Assembly (NCBI GenBank): GCA_009103225.1
Contig: RHPI01002910.1
Location: 376,579-440,578 of the forward strand
Length of the DNA stretch: 64,000 bases
Reading direction: 5' to 3'
DNA from: Chlorokybus atmophyticus
Lineage: Eukaryota; Plantae; Mesostigma and Chlorokybus algae
Part shown: piece after piece, positions 50,470-62,237 of the stretch
Layout of the letters: each line of letters begins with the position of its first letter
Numbering within the stretch: the first letter of the stretch is position 1
Notes under the pieces: generated by a model
The model's input: the letters and a program-made list of their open reading frames with translations, nothing else
Database searches by the model: none
What the model was told of the DNA's origin: nothing
Program-made: the position numbers and the translations under genes

Positions 50470-51249
50470 ATGAAACTCGCGACGAGGCCACTTGAGTAGT
50501 CTCCACTACACAAGTGGCCACCTGATGTTGCTCCTAGATTGCAGCTTGGTTCTTGTAGAGAGGGAACCATGCAGTCAGCCGTGGTCTGGTCAGCAGTAGA
50601 TGTGTGACCACTTGTGCGCGGCAGCGCTGTTCAGATGGTTTCTGTTGGGCCACTTCTTTAGTGGTTCATTCTTCTGGGACTCCTCGTATGGGATAGGAGA
50701 GTTTTGGTCAGAGTTGTGGGTGACTACCGTTGCTGACCTGTCAGTGGTTGTCGAAACCGACCTGTAAGTGGCTGTTGCAGCTGACCTTTGGTGAGAGCAA
50801 GTGTGAGCCACCAGCTCGAGAGGCAGGTATCCTTGAACCTCTCCATCCTCCTCATCCCGATGGGGACGAAGTCATGCCTATTCTGTCCAGCAGTCCAGCC
50901 CCATGCCAACAGGAGAGGTAGAATCCTGTCCCAGCAACAGGTCGAGGGATCCGTATCGGTGACAGCACACTTCTGTATGACCTCAGTGATGTGGGAAGGG
51001 TCCAACCCTGTCAAGCGAATGCAGAGGGCCTGCTTGATGATGCCCATCATCTTGTCATGGCTGCCGGTTGCTGTGTCGAGCACGTATTATTATTCGGAAG
51101 CTAGTGCACACATGCAATGTCCGTGTGGCTATATACTCTACCAGACTGCACACTTCTACTCTATAAGGTCCTTTTCCATCTACACGCGTCTATATCGGAC
51201 GCTTTAAGTTGCACCGCGTAGCTAACTTCAAGAGCTTTTTCAACAAGCT

Positions 51250-53760
51250 ATGCCACGTCTCTAGCAACTAAGTAGTCAGAAAGTTCTACTACTTCTACCG
51301 GAGCTCTGGACTGTTCCTCAGACTGTTCAAGAGCTCCAAGTCCGGAGTCTTCGAGCGTCCGTCATTGGACTATGCAGATATCGAGCCTCAGACTCACAAC
51401 TGCTCAATATCAGTCTTCTTACTGCAACTGCAACGTGCTCAAGGACTTAAGCATTTTTAGCACTCGATGCCTTTGTCTGTCGAGGTTGAGCTGACTGGAC
51501 GTCACTCCGTAATACTGCCCCGCAGGCAGCTTGACCCAAGCTCCTACTTAAACACAAATGCCAAGACTAGCACAGCATGCCTTGTACTTCACTGGTGATA
51601 GTGCCTTTGTCATGAAATCCGCGAGCATGTCTTTAGTCTTGCAATACGAGAAGGCAACCTCCTTTCTCATGACTCTGTCTTGCACAAAATGATGCATGAC
51701 ATCAATGTGCTTTGTGCGTGAAGAAGCGATTGGGTGCTTCAGCATGACATCAATGTGCTTTGACGGCGCCTTGATTGTCGCAGTTGATTGTGATGCAATC
51801 CATGGGATGCTCCATATCCGCCATTAGCTTACGAAACCATAATGCTTCCTTTACCGATGCCGCTGCTGCCATGTACCCCGCTTCAGATGTGGATGCCGCT
51901 GTAGTTGGCTGCAGCCTGCTGTTCCAGCTCACAACTCTTCCGTTGAGTATGAACACATAGCCAGTAGTAGACTTTCTGCTGTCCAGGTCTCCAGCAAAGT
52001 TCTAGTCGCAATAGCCTTACAGCTCAGTGTCGCCGCGACCATACTTGATGCCAACAATAGCGTTTCCCGCCACATAGCGTAGTACCCCCTTTGCAGCCCT
52101 CCAGTGCTTAATCGACGGTGCAGACATGTAGCGAGCAAGGACTCCAACAGCATGTGCAATGTCTGGACGCGTGCACACTGCCAAATAGAGCATGCTGCCT
52201 ACCAGCTCACCGAAAGGGTATTGAGCCTTGTTAAGTACCTCTCCCTCCTTCACCTTTACGAGGTTGGTACCGACCGCCAGTGGTGTAGACTTGGTCTTTG
52301 CCTCAGTTAATCCAAATTTGGCAACCAGTCTCTTTACCATCTGCGCCTAGCTGATCTTGATAATGCGCGCCATTCTGTTGCGCTCAACCACCATTCCAAG
52401 AAAGAACTTGTGTTGAAGATATTCCTACATCTAGGCGGATGGTCAGCTTGCCCTCTGAATAGGAATGGCCGCGAGAAGGTCCTAGGCGAGGACTCGAGTC
52501 GAAAGTTCCTGGCGCGTGAAGGTTCTAGGCGCGGACTCGAGTCCGGAGTCTGGCGACTTCCAGGCCTGCACGAGAATCGTCATAACTCGGTGGTTGCTGC
52601 ACCGATTTGGGCGTTCTAGTGCTCAGTAGATAGCCCTTAGAAATAGCTGCAAGATGCTTCTTGTAACGCAGCATTTCAATAAGAGTAGCGAACGTGGTGG
52701 TTTCTAGAGTAGACAGGTGTATTCCTAACGGGTATAAAACCCGCGGACATGATGGCAATAGATGGTCTTAGTCTTGTTGTTGCAGCCTCTTGGCGTTGGT
52801 GTTGGGTGGCGTGCACACATGTGCATGTGTAGGTTTGTCAACGCATCTCATTAACTTGGCCTCTCCAAGATCACGCACTGAGAATGCTTGCTTCTTTGCC
52901 TTGTAAAAGAAGAGCTCAGGGTCAGCGGTTGATGCCTTGAAGCCCAACAACTCCAACTCTTTTGTAAGCCGAATGTGCCACATACAAGGTGCTTGCCGTA
53001 GCCCATATAATGCCTTGATCAGCTTGCAGGCCATACCGCGCTCTCCTTCTTCATAGCCAGGTGGTTGCTCAATGTAGATCTCTTCCTCCAACTTTTCATA
53101 AAGGAAGGCAGTCTTCACATCGAGGTGATGCATCTCTAGGTCCTCCGCAGCAACCATAGCCAACAATGCACGAAAGGTGACATGCTTACTTGCGGGAGCA
53201 AAAACCTCTGTAAAGTCAACGCCCTCTGTTGCAGGAAGCCCTTTGCCACCAGCCTTGCCTTGTACCGCTCAATTTTGCCTCGACCATCACGCTTCACCTT
53301 GAAGACCCACTTGACAGGAATGGGCTTAGCACCTTCAGGCACCTTTTGAAGCACCCAAGTATTGTTGGCGTGAAGTGACGCAATCTCCTCGTCCATAGCC
53401 CGCTGCCACTGCTCCGCGTCAAGTGCGCGCAGCGCCTCCACATAGGTGCTTGGCTCCTTCATATCCTTTCGCACATTCGCCATGTGTGCCTTATAAAAGT
53501 TAGGTGCGCTTCTCTCCCTCTCTGGATACCTGCGAGTTGACTGGTGCTGATGTTGCTCCACATTGCTAGCCTCAGTCAAGTCGTGCTCATCCAGAATGAC
53601 TGCCGCGCCTTTTGTTGACATACACACGTGCAAGTGACACGCCAACAACAGCAACACAAGAGCATGACTGCTACTGCCATTAATGCCATACAAGTCCAGG
53701 GGTTTATACCCCGCCAGTTTCTACACACGTCTACATTTGCAAGCACCGCGTGCACAATAC
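51250..53760 (-). mobile_element. Decayed Ty1/Copia remnant (RT-RNase H, PPT, 3' LTR-like)
   Basis: WQRAMDEEIASL..NNTW..KWVFKVK...YKARLVAKGF; LDVKTAFL; LYGLRQAP; GSMLYLAVCTRPDIAHAV; STSEAGY; CDNQGA; RTKHIDV; LADFMTKAL* (stop 51548). Purine-rich tract then LTR-like sequence below ~51513. Confidence 0.9.
52411..52853 (+). mobile_element. 443-bp solo-LTR-like insertion in the Copia RT
   Basis: Starts TGTTG and ends ...CATTA. Flanked by direct repeat ACTTG (52406-52410 and 52854-52858). Excision restores DLGEAKFFLGM. Confidence 0.8.
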
Positions 53761-53794
53761 TCAGCCTTTCAACGCGCTCTAAGTTGCGCTGTTT

Positions 53795-54003
53795 AGCTCA
53801 CGACCAGAGATTTCCAACAAGTTAAGCCACGCCTGCTAAGCTTACGTATCCACAAAGCTACGCGATTTCTCCCAACGCTCTACTCAGCATCTGGTCCGGA
53901 GTCCGTCTTGGCTCGACCGTCTTGCTAAGTCCGGAGTCCACGTGCTCAGCCCATACCTTCGACTCTCGACTCCTGTGTGGAGGGCAAGCTGACCGGTTAC
54001 AAG
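53795..54003 (-). mobile_element. LTR-like segment followed by a possible half-tRNA-Met primer-binding site
   Basis: On the minus strand it starts TGTAACCGGTCAGCTTGCCCTC, sharing GGTCAGCTTGCCCTC and GGACTCCGGAC motifs with the 52.4-kb insertion. It is followed by GGTCGTGAGC, similar to the GGTTATG(A/G)GC PBS of some Copia elements. Confidence 0.45.
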
Positions 54004-54005
54004 CA

Positions 54006-54600
54006 TCACCCATGTGATACCTTCAACACTCCCACGCGGGCAGCTTGGTCTTCAACACCTCCAACATATTCGCAATCCTTGCTTCTCTTCTTCTTCCGAA
54101 CGATGGCATAGAAGCTCTTTACCTCCTCTTGCTCCAGCTCCTCCACGCTTCCCATCAAAGCTTGAAACTTGTTTGTAGAGAACACCTTGTCTTTCACAGC
54201 AACTCGGGCCCCTTGGTTGGCCTTCAACTTCTTGCCCTTGTCTCTGTGATGCTCTTGATGCACATGCTCCTTGCTAACCTTCACTTGCTGCACCTTGCTC
54301 GCCAGCACTTCCTTGTAGCTCTTTGAAGCTCCCACGGGCTTCGAGCTTCTTGTGACAGCAACCTTTTGTGCCTCCCCGTCGTTGCCATGACCTTGTGGTG
54401 TCTTTAACGCTGTCTTCTCGACCACCCTTGTCTTTGCAACACCTTGTGCGCACCGTCCTCCTCCACATAGTAGAGTCCACCCCTGTTGATGCCTACTACA
54501 TGCGTGACACCGCCAAGCTCTATACGAGCCTTGTCCGCATCAAACACAGCCCTTGCACCAACTATTGTGGCTCTACGTACTGAGAACAAACTAGCACAGG
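54006..54600 (-). pseudogene. Copia polyprotein fragment (post-protease / pre-integrase region)
   Basis: SLFSVRRATIVGARAVFDADKARIELGGVTHVVGINRGGLYYV resembles the Copia NLFSV...GGLY segment; a K/Q-rich linker follows. Confidence 0.55.
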
Positions 54601-54608
54601 GCTTTTTA

Positions 54609-54922
54609 CGTGCGGACCAGTCGTACGCGGCTCGCAGACCATGTCTGGTACGTCGTTGCGTACCAGTGCCGCAACTGGTCCGGCGTAACCGGACCACCGG
54701 TGGTCCGGCCCCTGAGCCTGCCGGCATGGTCCGATTGACCGGACCAGGGCTGGTCGCACGCCTCTCGGTCTGCGAACCACTGGTGAACCACTGGTGCAGC
54801 ACGGAGTCCGTACGGCAGGACCAGGGCTGGTCGCGGCCCCCGCGGCTTGCGAATCAGAGCAGCACCGGTCCGGTACCATGGCGGTCGCTAGCGCATCAAG
54901 TATGGTACGGTAACCGGGCACG
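54609..54922. repeat. GC-rich palindrome- and GGWCC-rich element interrupting the Copia fragment
   Basis: Perfect palindrome CCGGACCACCGGTGGTCCGG, duplicated GACCAGGGCTGGTCGC, many GGACC/GGTCC and CGTAC motifs. Confidence 0.6.
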
Positions 54923-55845
54923 GCATATTGCAGCTCACTACATACTGCACCGCTGACTCAGATTGGATCGAGCGTACGTCAGCAGAGTGCGCAACAGTCG
55001 GAAAGCCGTGGAGGCGGGCTCGGGCGATTATTAACCAACGACCTGGATGGAAATATCGAGGTGGTGCTCTTTTGGGCCGTTGATCCTCGTTGTGCGAGGA
55101 TGTGCTTGGTTGTGCCCTGTTGTGCCGCGGGGTGATGCGTTTGATGTGACTTGGTGTGATGTTGTGTGAAATGTGTGGCTTGGCGCATGCCAAGCGCAGT
55201 GCTGTGCTGTAAGAGTGTGTGAGATTCTGTGCTGCCTGTGATGTGTGTCAGGCTGTGCTGTCCAGTGTCAGAGTGTGACTCTGCGTGAGTAGGCGTGTGG
55301 TTTAGGGTTTGCCTGCTCAAGGCCATTTTCAAACTTGCAGCGCCCGACCGAGCCGTCATAGCAGCAGAGGTTGTGGGCGGCGGCGGCGGCGGCGGCAGGG
55401 TTGTGGGTGTTGTTGGTGTGATGGAGGCGCGGGGTGAGCAACAGGGGTTGCTGGGGCGGCCGGACATAAACTCGGAAAGTTACAAGCAGGTGTTTTTAGA
55501 CGGCAGCACGTTTATATCGTATGTGGACGACGGCACTGGGCGTGTGGAGGAGGTAGAGACGGCGGGGGGGCAGAGGGAGCGGGATGTTGCTGGTGATGAT
55601 GGTGGTGTCACCCAGCGGGGTATCCGGTTTTCTGGCGGCATGGAAGTGCTGGTGTCCAGCTGGTTCGACTCTCGTGCATGGTTGCCTCAGGATCCGAGGG
55701 ATTCCCCTCTGAAGTGCTATTCCCCTGTGATGTCTGTGGATGTGATGACGTATGCGGACATTGTATTCTGTTGTATTCTGAGTCTGGCTGTACATGCAAC
55801 GCATGCATGGTGCTGTTTGCCAGTCAGTAGCTAAGCGTGTTTGTT

Positions 55846-58800
55846 TCAGGTGTCCAAGTCTCCAAGCTCCATTTGTGTAACTAGCTCCACCCAGTCTTGT
55901 GCGTTTCTTTCTGCGTCCAGTTCCCATGCTGCTTGTGTGTCTGGGTCTTCGTCTTGTTGATCTTCCATTTCTATGCTCTCGTGGTCACTGTCTTCCTCCT
56001 CTTGGATGTCCTCTTCTGCGTCGCTGTCGCTGGAAGAGGTGCTTGGATCCATTTCGAAGTCAACGTGCATTGGTTGGGTGTTGTCTGGGGCAGGCTGGGT
56101 GAGTGTGGGGATAACGGGGGTGGACATAGATGCAGCATTGGGGTGAGCGGCACCTCTGTTGGTGCAATTGCTGCACTTGCAGCTATTGGTGCATGGGATG
56201 CCAGCACGTCTGCACCTGCATTGCTTGTTTTGGCATGTTGTCTTGGCGCATCCACAGCCTTTCAGCAGCAGAAGCCGGCGACCTCGAGCTTGCTGCATAT
56301 TCTCTGGCGTGTCCATCGTGGCGGACCATACCCCGTCTGCTTCACTGAAGCCATGCTCCCCCAGAGGTGTAGTCTGCAGTTGTTGCTTAGGTGCTTGCAG
56401 CCACATGTTCACCACCCACATTACACGTTTGCAATGCAACGTCATGGCTTCAACTGTTGGCACACGGTCTTCCTCTTTCCATATTGTGTGCCATGTGGCA
56501 TTGTGGATGGCGCCAAGCCACTGGCGTAGGTGTGCCAAGTCTTGTTTGTCTGCTGCGTTGCCACACGTGTCATGGAACAGAGCGGCTGGGCTCGGGCTGT
56601 CGAAGCACCGTGCGTGCTTTCTGTAATATGCACACCCAAGCAGGCGCAGCAGCATGATCACTGGGTCACTGAGGCTGGCTTCCTGTGTGATAAATTCAGC
56701 GTCCGTGCCCGCCACTGCCTGCCACAACCACACTTTGCCCATTCCGGCCAGGTAACTTGTGTAGTCACTGCCTGTAACCGCGAAAATCAGCTGTATGTAG
56801 TGCCCAGTCTGTTCTGGGTGTATGAAGCTGAGTTGTGGCTGCACTCGCAGGTCTCTCAGCAGCTGGTGGAGTTGGATGAAGTGAGGTCGAGATGAGGATG
56901 CACGCTCTAAGCTGGTCTGGACTGACACAGACTTGGCAGCCAGCATGCCACGCTGCATGGCAGCGAGGCCGACTACAGTGATGTCTGTATCAGGTGAGTA
57001 GATGCACACTTTGTGCGCTGCAGTTGTTTCTGCATGCCACCAAACTCTACTGTCCGCCTCGCAATGGTTGCAGTCTAGAGAGTTGTCTTGTGTGATGCTG
57101 ATGCCATCTGCGGTACGCTCTAACACGCGAGCACCCCTACTCCAGACAGGGTGATCACTTCCTCCAGCAATGAGGAGACGCTGTCCTACCCTCAGAATGG
57201 CGCAACAAACTCTGGCAGGTACTGGGTTAGAAAACTGCAGAGTTCCCTTTTCTTGGTTCTGCTATTGAGTAGCAGACGCCAGCGGCCAGGCAGCAGCTTG
57301 TCAAGGCCTATGTTGACGCACTCACCTTCTGTGTGCAGATACATCTCTTCTGGCTTGCAAGCTTGACTTCACGCCAGTGGCATGGCGTGGGTCGTCAAAA
57401 ACGATGTGCACCTCAATGAGGTTGGGAGAAGCAAGGCGTGGTCTCAGGTGGGTCCGCACTAGCTGTGATAGGTAGTCTCTGAAGGTGATGATGGTGTCTG
57501 CTGGGGATTGCTGAATCAGAAACATACCTTCTGAAATGTAACACTGTATGTCTGCAGGGAAACGCTCTGAGCAAGCAGCTGGACTGCATTCAGCTAGCTT
57601 GGCAAGAAAAGGTGCCTTGCTGCCTTTGCGCATATGGCCTTCCACATCAAACAGGGCTTGCGGGATCTCCAGGTAACGTGCTGTTAGGTGCGCTGCTGGC
57701 AGGTCGTTGCTCGCAAGTTTCCGCGTCACCATGGCACTGTCTTTGGCAACGCGCCTCAAGGATGTCGCATACGTTTTCTTTTTCGCATTGGCAGCCATTG
57801 TACGCAGGTTGTTGCGCTTGACTTTCACCACAGCCATGTTGCTGCAGTATTTGTCTAGCACGTATTGTGTAAACCCTTGCATGCCAACGCTGTGATGCCT
57901 GGCAAGATCTGCAGCACTGCCCGGTTCTGCTTGGATATCACGCACTAGGTGACCCAGATCCTGCCCCCCTCTCCTATCCAGCTGCCCACCCTCCGAGATG
58001 GTGTTAGCCATGTGTGCAACAGTCTGCATCGTCCTCTTGTAGTCGAACTCTGCTGCTGGCCTGGGTGGAGGCAGCACCTGATGGTCCAGATTCTTCATTG
58101 ACTCCGCCCTGGTTGTGAGATGCAGTGTTTTGTTGCGCAAGTACTCAACGCTGGGACGACTGATTGTCTGCTTGAGGTCACGATTGATGACCATCTCGTG
58201 TGCCTCATCGCAGGCCACACTGGCTGCACACCGCCCAGTCAGCGATACAGTGAAGTTGCCTGCTTGCAACTTCTCCATAACATCATCAGGCCAGGTATGC
58301 AGGTCTGCCAGGTGATTGGAGAATAGGCGCTGGTAATGAGGCCGGTCCCAAGCGAATGCCAAGGGTGCAAGCTGCTTGAGCGAGGCTGTGCGCAGATGCC
58401 AGTCACTCGTCCGTGTTGCTATGTAAAGAGTTATATATGGCAGCACGTCACGTTGTGTGAAGTGCCACCACAGCGCCCAGGTAGGGTCATGCTCTGCACG
58501 TGCATTGCCATATGACAGAAACTCCTCATAGTATTCAGGGTTCTCCCAGGGGGCCACCCTGCTCATATCGTGTGCTGGTAGCCTAATCCGTTCCAGGAAA
58601 GAGCGATAGTGCGCAGAACCTTCGTAAGCCTCCACCTGTGTGCGATACACCCCTTCGAAGCCTTGCATCATGAAGCCATGTATCCTCTTCCAATTCCGGC
58701 CATCCACTAACGCATTGCGTGCAGTGCTGGTTGCGAAGCCAGCACTTGGAGCCAGGCAGTCCAACCCAGCATCCCAGAATGCCTTCATTGCCACTGGCTG

Positions 58801-60764
58801 CATATTGTATAGCACATGCCAGTCCCCTGGCATTGGCAAGACCCAGTCCCAGTACCCAGGTTCCAAGGCCTTGATCTCCAACAGCAATGCATACGTCTTC
58901 TAGTCGCCTGCCACCACCATGAACGACAACCCTGAAGGCTCTAACACTTTGGCTTTCAGTTCTGAAAGTGCCAGCTTAAGATGATCCCTCTTGTCAGGAT
59001 TGAGAGGGAGGAGAGGTAGGAAGTGGATGCTAGAGCGTGGCTTGGCACTTGTCTCCGCCAGCAAGCTGTAGTAGTCCTTGAGTGTGCTAGACCTGGCATC
59101 TACCTGATGAATGCGTTGCTGAATGGCTGTGTGTAATGTGCGCATGCACTTGTCCATTGCCTCACGCTCGTGACTGGTCAGGTGTGTCACCATGTCAGGA
59201 CTGTGCAGAGTTAAATGGCGCCTTGGGGCCGACGGCATCAGCTGCACTGTCTCCAGCTCCAGTCGAACTGGCATGCCACCTTCTCTCAAGGTACGGTGAC
59301 GCACAGGCTGCATGTCCACTCAGACCATAAGTATGCGTGCATGGATGGGGCATGCATTGCTTGGCACTTGCATCGCATGCATGGCCGGCTGTCTACTACC
59401 ACTCACCTTACGCATTGTCACATCTGGCTGCATATCCCTTGTCACCTCAGGTGACGTGATCACACTTGTGTGGTGGTGCAGTGCAGTCCATGGCTAGACT
59501 CTTTGCCATGGTACATCAGGGTATGAGACTGCTGGAAGTCTAGATTGTCCACGCTACACACTAACAGCTCGTTGCCATGCAGATCGAACTGCATGGGAGA
59601 AGACATGAGAGCCCCAGTTCTGCTAGTCACATGCCTGCATGGCACTACATCATCAGCCTGCAGGCAAGTTGTGTACTTCTCTCATAGCCGCGTTGGGAAC
59701 TTCAGGCACTTGCACAACCCCGACACAATCCTACGTGTTACCTGTACAGAGTGCAGCGGCTGACGCAACAACCAAGTCTGTTCAGCATCTGGAGGAGCTT
59801 TGGCTTGGCGCAATACCCCTCGACATAGTCCGCCAGCACCAGGTGCAAACACGAATAGGCACGAGGATTGCGTGCATATAGTGCATTCTGATATAGGGCA
59901 ACAGTTTGCACCCTCAACACACGCATCCTGTCACTCACAGCCTCGTCCTCTATAGCATCATGCTTGGCTGCCCGCTCAGCCATCCACAACCCAGTTATCG
60001 CCTTCAACACCAACAGGACGTCCCCCTCTGCTCGCTCCAGCTCTGCTACAAGGTCAAGTGATCTCCAATCTGCTGTGATATCAGAATTCTCTTTCTCCTG
60101 TTTGGCTGAAGCCCTAGTCATGCATCTAGCTAGATGTCTCAGCAGCTGATCATTAACCAACGGCTCCGACAGTGCAGGTCTCCCAGTATCCTTGAGCTTC
60201 CTCATCACCCAGCCTCCAAACACAGATTTGACTAGAGCGCGGTCATGATCACTGCCTCGCGCCATCAACACTGTGCCCAACCTGGGAGACCCAGACACTG
60301 TCTCCAACGCACTCCCAAACCTCCTCTGCAGTGCAGGCCCAAGCACTCTGCTTGATAGTCCCCAACGACCGGCTAGGTCCTGCAATAACACAACCGCATC
60401 CTCCTCCTGCAATGACTTAGCCAAGGCACGGCATGCTTGGCCAGTACTTGCATCATCTTCGAACTGCCCTGCACGTTCTTGTAGCGCAGCGCAAGACTGG
60501 CGCCACAGGATTGCATTACTAGCAACTTGGCCTGCATTGTGTGCTGCAGTCTTACGCTGCAACTCCAGTAGCTGTTGCAGATACTGGGTCGCCATGCTGC
60601 TTGCCGCACCCAGGTCCTTAGTCAAGCCAGCAATTTGTGTGTTTTCACTTGCCAGTTGGGCACGCAGAGAACAAGCCTCCGCACTTAATCTGCCCATATT
60701 GCCATTGACACCTGCACATCACTTGCGTTTCTGCCAGTCTGATGCGCTGCCCTTACGCTGTACG

Positions 60765-60808
<44 letters not shown>

Positions 60809-62237
60809 NNNNNNNNNNNNNNNNNNNNNNNNNNNNNNNNNNNNNNNNNNNNNNNNNNNNNNNNNNNNNNNNNNNNNNNNNNNNNNNNNNNNNNNNNNNN
60901 NNNNNNNNNNNNNNNNNNNNNNNNNNNNNNNNNNNNNCCCCCCCCCCCCCCCCCCCCCCCGCCTCGTTCACAACACATGCACCATATTGCACATCTGCAA
61001 CACACCTGATGCTGCACAGTCAGGTCATTAAAGCTGCGTTGCAACCCATCATGCCTTCCAGCCAGGTCAAGTCCTTGGGCACACAAGGCCCCATTCTCCG
61101 CATGCATGCGCTCCAAGTCACCACGCAAAAGCTGCGTGATGATAGTGTGCATGAAGCGGCAGCACAATTGTCATAGGCTCAAGCGAACAGCATTGCACTT
61201 CAGAGCACTGCAGCAAAGGGCAGCACCTGCAACTGTTCATGTGCTGAGGCGTAATTCTGCTGCACCTCTTCCTTCTCACCAACACACTCCATGTACATCA
61301 TATTCAACCGATCACACATGGCGCAGTCATTCACACCCTCATTGCCTGCACCATGGAGCACACCTACTCAATATCTCCACCATGCACAATATCTCACTAA
61401 ATACACGCGGTGCAACTGCAACTGGCTAGTGACCTGGGGGCCAATAACCACTAGAGGTTTGCTGTGAGGACTGAGAGGGCACGTGAAAGTTGGTGCGGTC
61501 ACCCATGGCAGTGCGTGGGGTGAATGCTGCAGCAGCTCCTCGGTCAGGAGTGAAGCCAGCATTGCCACGATCAGGGGTAAAGCCCACAACACCCGGAGGC
61601 AACGACACCTCCACCAGCTGACCCTAATCAGATCCACACACACGCGTTCAGCCGACAAGCTCACACACAACCAGCACAGCACATCTCTTCCCCACCCACC
61701 TCAGCATTGCGCACCAAAGCCTTCTGGTAATGCGGTGGACGTCCTGTATCACTTTGAGATGGGGTCGCTGTAGGGCCACCAGAACTGCCAGGCGGTGCCA
61801 CATGCGCTTGCACACGCTCAACAAACTCGCCCTGCAGCACACATCCATATCACAATCCACATCCTTCTCATACATAATCAAAACACATGCAGAAGGGCAC
61901 ACACCTCCAACTGCAGGAAGGTGTCATTCTCTGCTACGTATCGCCACTTCTTACCAGAAGTGATGGCGTTGAACACGACATGATACGGCACACAAGACTC
62001 GTGCAGGTTACAGTCACGACGCAGTGCAACCCACATCCTCTCCTCTTTCGCCTTATTCTTATCCCTGGCGGCCTTCTGCGCCTCTGCATGCTTACGCTTC
62101 TTATTCTTCGCCTCAGTACCCGGGGAGCTGCTGGCTTCAGTGCCAGCGTCATGCTGCGCAGCATGCTGGGCTCGAGTGCACTGCACCATGCCCGGCGCAG
62201 CGCCATCAGCCACAGCCCCCACCTCCCCCTCCACCAT
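55846..62237 (-). mobile_element. Decayed intron-containing Academ-type (AcademX-like) DNA transposon ORF: DDE transposase + XPG-like nuclease + Cys-rich finger
   Basis: VDNLDF; VAGD*KTY...PMPGDWHVLYN; AWDRPHYQRL; CDEAHEMVINRD; KGSKA; IVFDD; WRLLLNSRTKKREL; CEADSRVWWHA...SPDTDI; GSDYTS..AGMGK; GCGCAKTTCQNKQCRCRRAGIPCTNSCKCSNC. One premature stop (58900) and about 3 frameshifts. 5' exons are tentative. Confidence 0.75.
60809..60937. other. Assembly gap (129 N) flanked by poly-C runs
   Basis: N run between 44 C and 23 C, apparently in an intron of the Academ ORF. Confidence 0.99.

Larger units (their letters stand above)
42600..51100 (-). mobile_element. Decayed Ty3/Gypsy LTR retrotransposon: protease - C5 DNA methyltransferase - RT - RNase H - integrase - PHD, then PPT and 3' LTR; interrupted by hAT
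   Basis: Protease C-half (DLLLGQD...LDCWTE) at ~50800-51090. RT: RRMCGDYRPLN, MPFGLKNAPAKFQRVMD, CYIDD. RNase H: LLQEYNFEVEH..ADGL. Integrase: CQQC, TDQGTEF, HPQANGLAER. PPT AATGGGGGGTGGCT abuts an LTR starting TGTTGACTG at 42937. Several stops and frameshifts. Confidence 0.9.

Noticed and set aside
46583-58902. Stops from CAG/CAA to TAG/TAA as evidence of non-CG methylation
   Set aside because: These are the default single-transition routes to stop codons, so they are uninformative without a full mutation spectrum.
60765-60960. Poly-C/poly-G tract encoding poly-Pro/Gly or forming a G-quadruplex
   Set aside because: It flanks an assembly gap, its true length is unknown, and it is likely intronic or a sequencing artefact.
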